A DNA stretch of 32,000 nt from contig NZ_PQWO01000020.1 in NCBI RefSeq assembly GCF_003231495.1, forward strand, positions 30,001 through 62,000, read 5' to 3'. This stretch comes from Acaryochloris thomasi RCC1774 (GTDB lineage: Bacteria; Cyanobacteriota; Cyanobacteriia; Thermosynechococcales; Thermosynechococcaceae). Of the stretch, positions 1-8,916 are shown piece after piece (the stretch's first letter is position 1; the number at the start of each line of letters is the position of its first letter). Position numbers and translations under genes: made by a program. The notes under the pieces were generated by a model that saw nothing but the letters and a program-made list of their open reading frames with translations, was not told the origin of the DNA and ran no database searches.

Positions 1-1
1 C

Positions 2-412
2 GAAGACTTTGAGGCATTCCGACGAATTGTCAATGAAGTTGGGACAATGGACTTATCGATCGTTCGCTGCCATGACGGGGACGACGCCCTAGAGCATTTG
101 CAGCAGAGGCAGGCGGTTCCCCAGCCGCCTTTGCCGGACGTCATTGTCTTAGACCTCAACCTGCCGGGGACAGATGGCCGTGAGGTTATTGCAGAAGTTA
201 AGCAGAATGATAAACTGAAGACGATACCCATTGTGGTTTTGACGACTTCGTCTAATCCTAAAGATGTGGAAGCCTGTTACCGTTTCGGCGCTAATAGCTA
301 CATGCTCAAGTCAATGGATATCCGTTTATTCAAAGCCTCTATTCAACAGTTTTTAGACTTCTGGTTTAAGGCGACGGTTTTACCCTCATCAAATCAGGAA
401 TCGCGACCTTAA
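2..412 (+). CDS. CheY-like single-domain response regulator (Rcp1/phytochrome-associated type), 5'-partial
   Basis: The frame is open from the window edge (EDFEAFRRIVNEVGT precedes the track Met), so the true start lies upstream. Receiver motifs are VIVLDLNLPGTDGREV, IPIVVLTTS and a C-terminal FLDFWF..TVLP tail typical of Rcp1-like regulators. Confidence 0.85.
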   Translation, partial: EDFEAFRRIVNEVGTMDLSIVRCHDGDDALEHLQQRQAVPQPPLPDVIVLDLNLPGTDGREVIAEVKQNDKLKTIPIVVLTTSSNPKDVEACYRFGANSYMLKSMDIRLFKASIQQFLDFWFKATVLPSSNQESRP

Positions 413-483
413 CAGATCGTCCAGGCTCCTCTAGCGCAGCTCAGCGGTCTCCGACACGTTTGTCAGCCTCTTGTCCATGCGCG

Positions 484-2250
484 ATGTCTTCTGTCTCTGA
501 ATCTGCTCCTAGTCTTTCTTCTCCCTACTGGAGAAGCGTGTCGGTTTTGCTTGTTGACGATTCAGAGGTGGACCGCCTCACCTATCGTCGATATTTGCAG
601 GCGACGGTCTCTGCGAACCAAATTATTGAGTGCGACTGCGGTGACGCCGCACTAGAGTCCTGCCGCAGCCAGTGGCCTAGCATCATTTTGCTAGACTACT
701 CTCTGCCGGATATGGATGGCTTGGACTTCTTTCGGCTGCTCGGCCAAGAGCTTGGGAGCTGCCCACCCATCATTATGCTGACGGGCGAAGGCAGTGAGCA
801 AGTTGCGGTGGAGGCCATGAAGGCGGGCGCGAAGGATTATTTAATCAAGGGGCAGTTAACTTCAGAGAAGCTAAACCAGGCCGTAACCCAGGCTCTCTTT
901 GAGCATCAGCTTAAGGCGCAGATTGAGCGCCAGCGGCAGCAGCGAGAACTGCTTAGGGAAGTCGCGCTCAAGGTTATGCAAGCGTCTGAGCTATCGCTAA
1001 TTTTGCAAGCGGCGGCGAGCGGCGGACGTAAGCTGCTGGGATGCGATCGCACTTTAATTTATCGCTTCGAACCCGATATGAGCGGTACCGTGGTGGCGGA
1101 ATCAGTACTGCCTGGATGGACGGCAGCAATGGGCTGTCGGCTAGAGGATAACTGCTTTCAAGGTCAGCAAGGTCACAAAGCTGATAAGTATTTACAGGGC
1201 CACAAAATGGTGGTTCCTGATGTTGAGTCCGCTGGACTGTCTGACTGTCATCTCCAGATGTTGCAGCAGTTTCAGGTGAAATCAAATTTAGTGGTGCCCA
1301 TTATCCGAGCAGATGCTCCTTTAAATCAGACAAAGCTCTGGGGACTCTTGATCGCACACCACTGCGAAGAGAAGCATTGCTGGCAACCGGATGATCTAGC
1401 GCTACTTGACGAGCTGACGCTGCAGGTTGCGATCGCAATTCAACAGGCCGAATTAGTCAACGGCCTGCAGGCAAGCCTAGAAAAGCAGCAAGCCGTTGAC
1501 CATCAGCTGCGAGAGCGGGCAGTCGAGTTAGAACGCACTAACCAGCTTCTGGCTCAGAGTACTCAATCCCTCAGCCAGCGTAACCAGGAACTCGACGAGT
1601 TTGCACATATCGTTTCCCACGACTTGAAGGCCCCGCTGCGCGGCATTGCCAACCTCTCGCAGTGGATCGTTGAGGATTTGCAGGATCAGGTGCCGGAAGA
1701 GAATCAACAGCAGCTAGCTCTGATTCAAAATCGTATTCAACGGATGGACGCCTTGATAGATGGTGTGCTGCAGTATGCACGCGCAGGCCGTCAGACCATT
1801 GCCATCAACATGGTAGATGTCCGTCAAATGCTGCTAGAGATCATCGACTCCCTTGCACCACCAGAGACCTTTGAAGTCCAAGTCCCTGCAGCTCTACCTT
1901 GCATCGAGACCCAGGCCCTACTGTTACAGCAGGTCTTTTCTAATTTGATCAGTAACGCTCTCAAATACCACGACCGCACAGATGGCACAGTCCAGATTTT
2001 ACTCGACGAGCAAGGAGACCAGCTTCAGTTCACGGTGATAGATGATGGACCCGGTATCGCGCCTGAGCATCATCAAAGAATTTTTGGAATTTTTCAGACC
2101 CTATCAACGACAGACCGAACAAAGGGGACAGGGCTGGGCCTGACCATCATCAAGAAGATCGTTGAACAGCAAGGCGGATCTGTATGGGTTGAATCTGATC
2201 TGGGTCAAGGCAGCGCATTTTCATTCACTTGGCCTCGCATTTCAAGCTAG
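484..2250 (+). CDS. Hybrid sensor histidine kinase, REC-GAF-HisKA-HATPase; the GAF has cyanobacteriochrome-like DXCF and CH cysteines
   Basis: REC: VLLVDDSE...IILLDYSLPDMDG. GAF: RTLIYRFEPDMSGTVVAESV...EDNCF...SDCHLQMLQQFQVKSNLVVPI...LWGLLIAHHC. HisKA: FAHIVSHDLKAPLR. HATPase: DDGPGI...GTGLGL. The first ATG is at 484; the track start at 460 is a TTG alternative. Confidence 0.9.
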   Translation: MSSVSESAPSLSSPYWRSVSVLLVDDSEVDRLTYRRYLQATVSANQIIECDCGDAALESCRSQWPSIILLDYSLPDMDGLDFFRLLGQELGSCPPIIMLTGEGSEQVAVEAMKAGAKDYLIKGQLTSEKLNQAVTQALFEHQLKAQIERQRQQRELLREVALKVMQASELSLILQAAASGGRKLLGCDRTLIYRFEPDMSGTVVAESVLPGWTAAMGCRLEDNCFQGQQGHKADKYLQGHKMVVPDVESAGLSDCHLQMLQQFQVKSNLVVPIIRADAPLNQTKLWGLLIAHHCEEKHCWQPDDLALLDELTLQVAIAIQQAELVNGLQASLEKQQAVDHQLRERAVELERTNQLLAQSTQSLSQRNQELDEFAHIVSHDLKAPLRGIANLSQWIVEDLQDQVPEENQQQLALIQNRIQRMDALIDGVLQYARAGRQTIAINMVDVRQMLLEIIDSLAPPETFEVQVPAALPCIETQALLLQQVFSNLISNALKYHDRTDGTVQILLDEQGDQLQFTVIDDGPGIAPEHHQRIFGIFQTLSTTDRTKGTGLGLTIIKKIVEQQGGSVWVESDLGQGSAFSFTWPRISS

Positions 2251-2352
2251 AGGTATTTCAAGAAACTGGCTTTACTTCTGTACTTGCAGTCCGTCTAGGC
2301 ACAGCAAGTTTGCGAGTTCGGTTGAGAGGTGTAACTTTCGTTGCCCTGAAAC

Positions 2353-2763
2353 TCAACAGAGTTCGCTTGCCTTTGCCACCTCGGTCATGGCTTCTAGGAG
2401 GTCACTAATGAGCACGGGTTTGGTGAGATATTCGTCCATGCCCGCTGCCAAGCATTTTTCGCGGTCGCCCCTTGCGGTGTTTGCCGTCAATCCAATGATT
2501 GCCGTGTGCTTCTGCTGCCCCTCTCGCTGCCGAAGGATGCGGGTCGCTTCATAGCCACTCATCTCTGGCATGCAACAGTCCATTAGCACGAGGTCGTAGT
2601 CTCCAGTGGTCAACTGTTCTAGGGCTTGCCGTCCATTAGTAGCCACGCCTACGCTTTTGACAGTATCTTCCAGAAGCATTTGCAAGAAATCACGACTATC
2701 GGGATAGTCTTCTGCAATGAGAACGTTTAAGGTGTCTAAACACTGTTCAGAGGCGCACATCAT
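2353..2763 (-). CDS. Single-domain response regulator (receiver only)
   Basis: VLIAEDYPDSRD...DLVLMDCCMPEMSGYEAT...IIGLTANT...GMDEYLTKP. It closely resembles the C-terminal receiver of the 1505-aa kinase in this window. Confidence 0.9.
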   Translation of the reverse strand: MMCASEQCLDTLNVLIAEDYPDSRDFLQMLLEDTVKSVGVATNGRQALEQLTTGDYDLVLMDCCMPEMSGYEATRILRQREGQQKHTAIIGLTANTARGDREKCLAAGMDEYLTKPVLISDLLEAMTEVAKASELC

Positions 2764-3236
2764 AAACTTGTTGGAAAAAGTAGCTTCAGCAGAGCCTTAG
2801 CGCTGACGATCAACGACAATGACTCCAGTCGTAAGACGATCTTAGCGATGTGTCATGGGAAACAACGACTATCTAGGGGTAGAGATTAAGAGCAGTCTAA
2901 AACTGTACCGCCCCAATCGGAGAGCCTGCGCCCTTGGAAAGAGGCTGGGATGGGAACCGTTCTGGTACAGCAGGCCGAGTTGGGATAGCTTTTCTCTGCC
3001 ACTAATGGGTTTCAGCCGTTTCTGTTATCAATGGTTTCAGCCATCTACATATCCTAATCAAGACGTGTACCGCTACATTGATTGGCAGGCTCTTGAGCTT
3101 CGTTTTAGAATCAAAGCCAATCATTCTAGAAATTTATATGGGGGCATCGCCCAGAGTTAAGGCAAAAAGACCGGACGTTCAAAGACCTCAGAGACTCTAA
3201 TGCAGCCTAAACTCCAGAGCGGGGACATAAGCGACC

Positions 3237-4481
3237 ATGAAAATCTTAGTCCTCAATGCAGGATCCAGCAGCCACAAATGCTGCCTTTACACAATCAAGG
3301 GGGCAATCCCAGAGTCTCCTGCTACGCCGCTTTGGGAGGCCCAACTTGATTGGCATGCCCCCAATCATGCCGCTTTGGTCGTTAAAACCGCCGCTGGAGA
3401 ACAGCGAGAAGAAGACTTATCGTCGGTGACTCGGGCCGACGCCCTTTCGCATTTGCTAGAAACGCTTTGGCAGGGAGAGACTCAAGCGATCCAAAACCTG
3501 CAAGAGATTGATGTTGTCGGGCATCGGGTTGTCCATGGAGGGCAGGCATACCAGGCCAGCGTGAGAGTGACGGATGAGGTCAAGGATGCGATCGCAACCC
3601 TCTCTCCTTTAGCACCGACCCACAACCCAGCCCATTTAGAGGGCATCGAAATCATTGAGCGGCTGCTGGGTCAGGTGCCTCAAGTCGCCGTTTTTGATAC
3701 TGCTTTTCACAGCCAAATGCCTGCAGCAGCAGCCATTTATCCCGGTCCCTATGACTGGATAGAACAGGGCATTCGCCGCTATGGATTTCACGGCATCAGC
3801 CATCAATACTGTACGCAGCGGGCCTTCCAGATTTTGGGCCGAACGGTGGAACGACTGATCGTTTGTCATCTGGGGAATGGGGCTTCTCTAACCGCAGTCA
3901 AGAATGGGCAGAGCATCAACACCACGATGGGATATACACCCTTAGATGGACTGATGATGGGAACGCGGTCAGGAGCGGTGGATCCTGGGATTTTGATCCA
4001 TCTCATGCGCCAGGGCCACACAGCCGATCAGCTTGACCGTCTACTTAACAAAGAGTCTGGCCTCAAGGGTATTTCGGGGATATCCCATGATTTACGAAAA
4101 ATTGAAGACGCGATCGTCTCCGACCAGCCGGCCTCTAAGAGAGGAGCTTCATTAACAGCCATCGCCAACGGCAGTGAACGAGCCAAACTTGCGCGGGATA
4201 TTTATCTGCATCGATTGAAGTCTTGTCTGGGCGAAATGCTCGTGAGTTTGGGGGGACTTGATGCGCTGGTCTTTACCGCAGGCATTGGAGAGCATTCTGC
4301 CTCGATTCGGGCTGAGACCTGTGAAGCTCTCGCATTTTTAGGGCTGCAAATCGATCTAGCCCAAAATGACAGTTCTCCCGTTGATCAAGATATTGCGAGG
4401 GCCAACTCTACAGCGCGGGTGCTGGTGATTAAAACGCAAGAAGATTGGGCAATTGCTCAGGCTTGCTACGAGCATTTATGA
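3237..4481 (+). CDS. ackA: Acetate kinase
   Basis: N-terminal MKILVLNAGSSSHK, then VGHRVVHGG, FDTAFH, YGFHGISH, CHLGNGAS and FTAGIGE, spanning the full-length acetate/propionate kinase pattern. Confidence 0.95.
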   Translation: MKILVLNAGSSSHKCCLYTIKGAIPESPATPLWEAQLDWHAPNHAALVVKTAAGEQREEDLSSVTRADALSHLLETLWQGETQAIQNLQEIDVVGHRVVHGGQAYQASVRVTDEVKDAIATLSPLAPTHNPAHLEGIEIIERLLGQVPQVAVFDTAFHSQMPAAAAIYPGPYDWIEQGIRRYGFHGISHQYCTQRAFQILGRTVERLIVCHLGNGASLTAVKNGQSINTTMGYTPLDGLMMGTRSGAVDPGILIHLMRQGHTADQLDRLLNKESGLKGISGISHDLRKIEDAIVSDQPASKRGASLTAIANGSERAKLARDIYLHRLKSCLGEMLVSLGGLDALVFTAGIGEHSASIRAETCEALAFLGLQIDLAQNDSSPVDQDIARANSTARVLVIKTQEDWAIAQACYEHL

Positions 4482-4631
4482 GCAGGTCATTCAGCAAAGA
4501 CTCGGCAGTACAGATAGCTCTATCTTTAGCTAGAGGCGGGTACCAATGGTGATCTCCTACAATGCTGGAGCCTATTTGTTCTCAGTTTCAAGTTGTTATG
4601 ACACTAACTACGTTCAGGACCTCTAACGGCT

Positions 4632-5342
4632 ATGAGTGATATTCGTGTTGTCCTGATTGAAGACCATGCTCTGACGCGCATGGGGCTAAAAACAGCTCTG
4701 CAGGAACAACCCGGTATGCAGTGCGTGGGCGAATCTTCGTCCGGCCAGGAGGGGTTACGGGTCTTGAAAGATACCCTGCCCGATGTCGCCATCGTTGACA
4801 TCGGATTGCCGGACATTGACGGCATTGAAGTCACGCAGCAGTTTAAGCAGAATCACGACCCACAGACTGAGCCGAAAACCAAGGTCTTAATTCTGACCAG
4901 CCACGACAGCGAAGAGGCGGTACTGGCAGCCTTTGCGGCGGGTGCAGATGCCTACTGCATGAAGGATATTGAGCTGGATAATTTGCTGGTTGCAGTCCGT
5001 GATACCTATGCGGGAAATCACTGGATTGACCCTGCGATCGCAAGTATTGTCCTGCGCCAGCTCAAGAGTCCACCCACGGCAGAGACAGACCAGCGCAGCG
5101 TTGAGATTGACGCCGTCAAGCCAGAGTTTGAAGAACTGCTAGAGATTTCTCCTTTAACCGACCGAGAGCTAGAGACCCTGGAGCTAATTGTCTCGGGCAA
5201 AAGCAATACTGAAATTGCTGAAGCTCTCTTCGTTACGGTGGGTACCGTCAAAACCCACGTCCATAATATTCTACAGAAGCTGGGCGTTGATGACCGAACT
5301 CAGGCTGCAGTCAGAGCCTTGCGCTCTGGATTAGTCAGTTAA
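4632..5342 (+). CDS. NarL/LuxR-family response regulator (REC + LuxR-type HTH)
   Basis: REC: IRVVLIEDHALTR...VAIVDIGLPDIDG. C-terminal HTH: LTDRELETLELIVSGKSNTEIAEALFVTVGTVKTHVHNILQKLGV. Confidence 0.92.
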   Translation: MSDIRVVLIEDHALTRMGLKTALQEQPGMQCVGESSSGQEGLRVLKDTLPDVAIVDIGLPDIDGIEVTQQFKQNHDPQTEPKTKVLILTSHDSEEAVLAAFAAGADAYCMKDIELDNLLVAVRDTYAGNHWIDPAIASIVLRQLKSPPTAETDQRSVEIDAVKPEFEELLEISPLTDRELETLELIVSGKSNTEIAEALFVTVGTVKTHVHNILQKLGVDDRTQAAVRALRSGLVS

Positions 5343-5404
5343 AAGTTAAGGGAGCCGATAGCGGATACTGAAAGGAGACAAGCCGTTGTTCAGGATAATT
5401 CAGT

Positions 5405-6793
5405 ATGTGGCGGACTCTGCAGCAGCTTCTCGCCAGAGTATTCGGGCTACCCAGCGCAGCTCAGGTTAAGGCGCTCAATCAAGCGCTTGTTGTCGAGGTC
5501 AGTCGGCGTGAAGCGGCAGAACATCAGCTGGAAGGCTTAAAGGCAACCCTAGGAACGCAGGTAGCTGAACGCACAGAGGCATTAGAAGCATGGACGCAAC
5601 GACAGGATGCTCTGCTGGCTGAGGCTCAGGAGGCCCAGGCCCATGCTGAAGTAGCACAACAGCAGACACAGCGCGTTCGAGAGCGTTTTCGAGTCACCTT
5701 TGAGCAGGCGGCGACGGGGATTGCCCATGTTGACCCCCAAGGACATTGGGTCCGAGTGAATCAAAAGCTCTGTGACATGCTGGGCTATTCTCGGGAGCAT
5801 TTGATGCAGCTTACTTTTCAGGAAGTCACGCATCCCGATGATTTAGAGGCGGATTTAATGTATCTGCAGCAGATGGTTGATGGGGAAATCTCTAGCTGCT
5901 CTTTTGATAAACGCTATATCAATGCCGATCAGGAGGAAGTATGGACCTTCGTGACTGTCTCAGCCGTCCATGACCGAGCAGACCGTCTCTACTTCATTTG
6001 CGTGATTGAAGATATTCGAGATCGCAAGCAGGCCGAAGCCGAGCTAGAAAACCGAGCCGAGCAGCTCCTGGTGCTGAATGCCTCCCTATTGCAGACCACC
6101 GCAATGCTAGAACGCAAAAACCAAGAACTCGATCAATTTGCCTACATCGCCTCCCACGACCTTAAAGCACCGCTGCGGGCCATTGCCAACCTATCAGCAT
6201 GGCTAGAAGAAGACTTGACTGGCACCTTACCAGCAGAAAACCAAGAACAGCTACAGCTAATGCGTAGCCGAGTCCACCGCTTAGAGGGGCTGATTGACGG
6301 TCTCTTGGACTACTCTCGTGCCGGTCGAATGACACACAAGATCGAGACCGTCAATGTTGTATACCTGGTACAAGAAATCGCGAAGGCTTTAGCACCACCG
6401 CCTGGATTTGAAGTGGTCATTGAACCGCATCTACCGGTGCTGCAGACCCATCAGCTACCGCTGCAGCGCGTCTTTTCTAACCTGATTAGTAATGCGATTA
6501 AGTATTGCGATCGCACCGACGGCAAAGTAGTCATCAGTTGCCAACCACACCAGCAAACCTTCAGCGTTACCGATAACGGCCCTGGGATTGCCCCTGAATA
6601 CCAAGAGCGTATTTTCGGCATGTTCCAAACGCTGCAGGCCAGAGACAAGATTGAAAGTACCGGCATTGGACTCGCCATTGTGAAAAAGCTGGTCGAAGCC
6701 GAGGGAGGCGAGATTTGGGTAGAATCTCCCCCCGAACAAGGAACGACTTTTCTCTTTACTTGGCCCAGCAAAGACTGGCACGGACTAGGCTAG
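5405..6793 (+). CDS. PAS-domain sensor histidine kinase (coiled coil-PAS-HisKA-HATPase)
   Basis: PAS: FEQAATGIAHVDPQGHWVRVNQKLCDMLGY...THPDD. HisKA: FAYIASHDLKAPLR. HATPase: DNGPGI...STGIGL. It lies 62 bp downstream of the NarL-type regulator, so the two are a likely cognate pair. Confidence 0.9.
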   Translation: MWRTLQQLLARVFGLPSAAQVKALNQALVVEVSRREAAEHQLEGLKATLGTQVAERTEALEAWTQRQDALLAEAQEAQAHAEVAQQQTQRVRERFRVTFEQAATGIAHVDPQGHWVRVNQKLCDMLGYSREHLMQLTFQEVTHPDDLEADLMYLQQMVDGEISSCSFDKRYINADQEEVWTFVTVSAVHDRADRLYFICVIEDIRDRKQAEAELENRAEQLLVLNASLLQTTAMLERKNQELDQFAYIASHDLKAPLRAIANLSAWLEEDLTGTLPAENQEQLQLMRSRVHRLEGLIDGLLDYSRAGRMTHKIETVNVVYLVQEIAKALAPPPGFEVVIEPHLPVLQTHQLPLQRVFSNLISNAIKYCDRTDGKVVISCQPHQQTFSVTDNGPGIAPEYQERIFGMFQTLQARDKIESTGIGLAIVKKLVEAEGGEIWVESPPEQGTTFLFTWPSKDWHGLG

Positions 6794-7070
6794 AGGCAGG
6801 ATCTAACTTCAGATAGAGGGCTGCAAGCACAAATTCCTGGCATGCTTTGTAAGCATAGATCTTTGAATAGAATATTAGCCCGCTTATTTTCAAACTTAGC
6901 GTCAATATATAAATCGACGTTGGGGTAAATATTACGGCGCTGCACTGACGTCTTGGCCCTGTCACTTGAGGAAATTAATGCAGAGCAACATAAGTTTTCT
7001 ATGAAACCCGAACGGAAGCATTCACCACTGTTCTAGCCACCTTTGTATAGCTTTAATCCAGGCATCACCC

Positions 7071-7751
7071 ATGACTCAATCTCCTCCACAAATGGCTCAA
7101 GAAACCTATCAGCAGCTCGAAGCGATGGCCACGGAACTCAGCCGAAACATGGGACAGCTCTTCGAAGGGGCCACTCAAGAAGTCGGTCAGAGCGTGGATG
7201 CAGTGGCTCAAAATCCGCTATTGAAGTGGTTAGCTCGACTCCCTGGAGCCAGTAAGCTCCTGACTTTTCTAGGGCAGGCAGATACGGTCCAAATTGAAGC
7301 CGAGGTGGCCGATCTGCAACGCCAGCATCCCAGCGATTCCCGCCGCCAAATCGCGGAACGGCTAATCCAGCAGTCAGCGCTGCAGGCAGGGACTGTCGGA
7401 TTGCTCACGAACTTGGCTCCACCTTTGGCCCTCGCCCTGTTTGCCGTTGATCTGGCTGCCATGACAAAGCTGCAGGCAGAGATGGTGTACCGAATTGCAG
7501 CGGCTTACGGCTTTCCGCTCTCTGACTCAACCCGTCGGGGCGAAATTTTAGCCATCTTTGGTCTTTCGATGTTGGGGAGCGGCGTTCTCAAAACAGGAGC
7601 CAGCTTTGTAGAGGTATTCCCTGTGGTGGGGGCAATCTCTGGCGCAGCGGTGAACGCCACCCTGCTCTTCGGGCTGGGGCAAACGGCCTGCCAGTTCTAT
7701 GAATCGAAGCCGTCCCCCACTGAAGTTGTCGTGACCGCTGAGCCAGTTTAG
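7071..7751 (+). CDS. Conserved hypothetical protein, EcsC/DUF697-like
   Basis: The hydrophobic Gly/Ala-rich C-terminal half (LAMTKLQAEMVYRIAAAYGFPL...FPVVGAISGAAVNATLLFGLG) resembles EcsC/DUF697 families. The family assignment is from memory only. Confidence 0.55.
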   Translation: MTQSPPQMAQETYQQLEAMATELSRNMGQLFEGATQEVGQSVDAVAQNPLLKWLARLPGASKLLTFLGQADTVQIEAEVADLQRQHPSDSRRQIAERLIQQSALQAGTVGLLTNLAPPLALALFAVDLAAMTKLQAEMVYRIAAAYGFPLSDSTRRGEILAIFGLSMLGSGVLKTGASFVEVFPVVGAISGAAVNATLLFGLGQTACQFYESKPSPTEVVVTAEPV

Positions 7752-7788
7752 CTATCTCTGTATCATTTAAAGCAAAAGTCATCGATCA

Positions 7789-8838
7789 ATGTCAAATCTC
7801 CTTGCTGACCCCGTTCAATCAGCCAGAGCTGCCGGTCTGCGCTATGTCAGTAACGATCGCCCCGGCATTCAGCGCCAAAAGGTTGGCCGAGGGTTTAGCT
7901 ACATTGACCTAGACGGAAACAGAATTCCGCCGTCGCCCGAACGCGATCGCATCCAAGCTCTTGCCATTCCCCCCGCCTGGACAGAAGTGTGGATTTGCCC
8001 TCATCCCCAGGGACATCTGCAGGCCACCGGGCGAGATGCAAAGGGCCGTAAACAATATCGCTATCACCCTGAGTGGCGACGGCTCCGCAGTCGGGCCAAG
8101 TTTGATCGCCTCCTGCCCTTTGGGCTGGTGTTGCCGACCCTCCGTCAGCACACCACTCAACATCTCAAGCTGAAGGGCCTTCCCCGTGAGAAGGTGCTAG
8201 CCACCGTCGTGCAGCTATTGGGCAAAACGCTGATTCGGGTTGGGAACGATCAGTATGCCCGCCGCAACCGATCCTTTGGGCTGACGACGCTGCGCGATCG
8301 TCACGTCGAGATTGAAGAGGGTCAGGTGACCTTTGAGTTTCGCGGCAAGAGCGGCGTAGAACATGCGATCACCCTCGAAGATCCGCGCCTTGCCAAAATC
8401 GTGCAGCAGTGCCAAGAGATTCCAGGCTATGAACTGTTTCAGTATTTCGATGAGAATAAGCAGCGTCAGACCGTTGATTCGGGTGACGTGAATGTATATC
8501 TGCAGCAGATCACGGGTTCAGACTTCACAGCCAAGGACTTTCGCACTTGGGCTGGGACTGTTCTAACGGCGGCTGAGCTGATCAAGATCAGCGATTTTGA
8601 AGATGATCGGCAGGCACAAAAACACGTCAGAGAGACGGTCAAGGCTGTGGCGAAGCAGCTCGGCAACCGACCAGCAACTTGCCGGAAGTACTACATTCAT
8701 CCGGTGATTATTGAAACCTACATTGAAGCAAAGCTCATCGCCATGATGGAGAAGCGGCGATCAGAGTTGGAACACCACGCTCAGCTTTCCGCCCACGAGA
8801 CGGGGGTTTTATCCATCCTTCATCAGACATCATCATAG
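7789..8838 (+). CDS. Bacterial (poxvirus-like) type IB DNA topoisomerase
   Basis: LRYVSNDRPGIQR, ALAIPPAWTEVWI, GRDAKGRKQYRYHP, SFGLTTLR, FEFRGKSG, FTAKDFRTWAGT and a C-terminal TCRKYYIHP (active-site Tyr context). Confidence 0.85.
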   Translation: MSNLLADPVQSARAAGLRYVSNDRPGIQRQKVGRGFSYIDLDGNRIPPSPERDRIQALAIPPAWTEVWICPHPQGHLQATGRDAKGRKQYRYHPEWRRLRSRAKFDRLLPFGLVLPTLRQHTTQHLKLKGLPREKVLATVVQLLGKTLIRVGNDQYARRNRSFGLTTLRDRHVEIEEGQVTFEFRGKSGVEHAITLEDPRLAKIVQQCQEIPGYELFQYFDENKQRQTVDSGDVNVYLQQITGSDFTAKDFRTWAGTVLTAAELIKISDFEDDRQAQKHVRETVKAVAKQLGNRPATCRKYYIHPVIIETYIEAKLIAMMEKRRSELEHHAQLSAHETGVLSILHQTSS

Positions 8839-8916
8839 CAACTGTACAGATTAATTTCCCTCCGCTCTGTACATAGAACGAAGGGAGAACGATCTTTTCT
8901 GCTCAGACGAATTGCT

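Noticed and set aside
974-1285. Antisense or alternative-frame ORFs inside well-supported genes. Examples are 974-1285(-), 1571-1780(-), 9015-9521(+), 9157-9639(+), 10152-10664(+), 16624-17097(-), 18971-19357(-), 20794-21105(-) and 24276-24698(-).
   Set aside because: Each lies entirely within a gene that has strong domain evidence on the other strand or frame. Their translations are Arg/Ser/Pro/Cys-rich with no recognisable motifs, which is typical of shadow ORFs in moderately GC-rich DNA.
2162-2554. A 130-aa plus-strand ORF bridging the kinase 3' end and the convergent receiver gene.
   Set aside because: It overlaps two motif-supported genes, in an alternative frame of one and antisense to the other, and its sequence is Cys/Arg/Ser-rich and low in information.
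2855-3160. A 101-aa ORF in the 473-bp intergenic region upstream of ackA.
   Set aside because: The composition is Trp/Arg/Tyr-rich and unlike the real genes here. It has no ribosome-binding site or family resemblance. The region is more likely a divergent promoter or UTR, and an ncRNA cannot be excluded.
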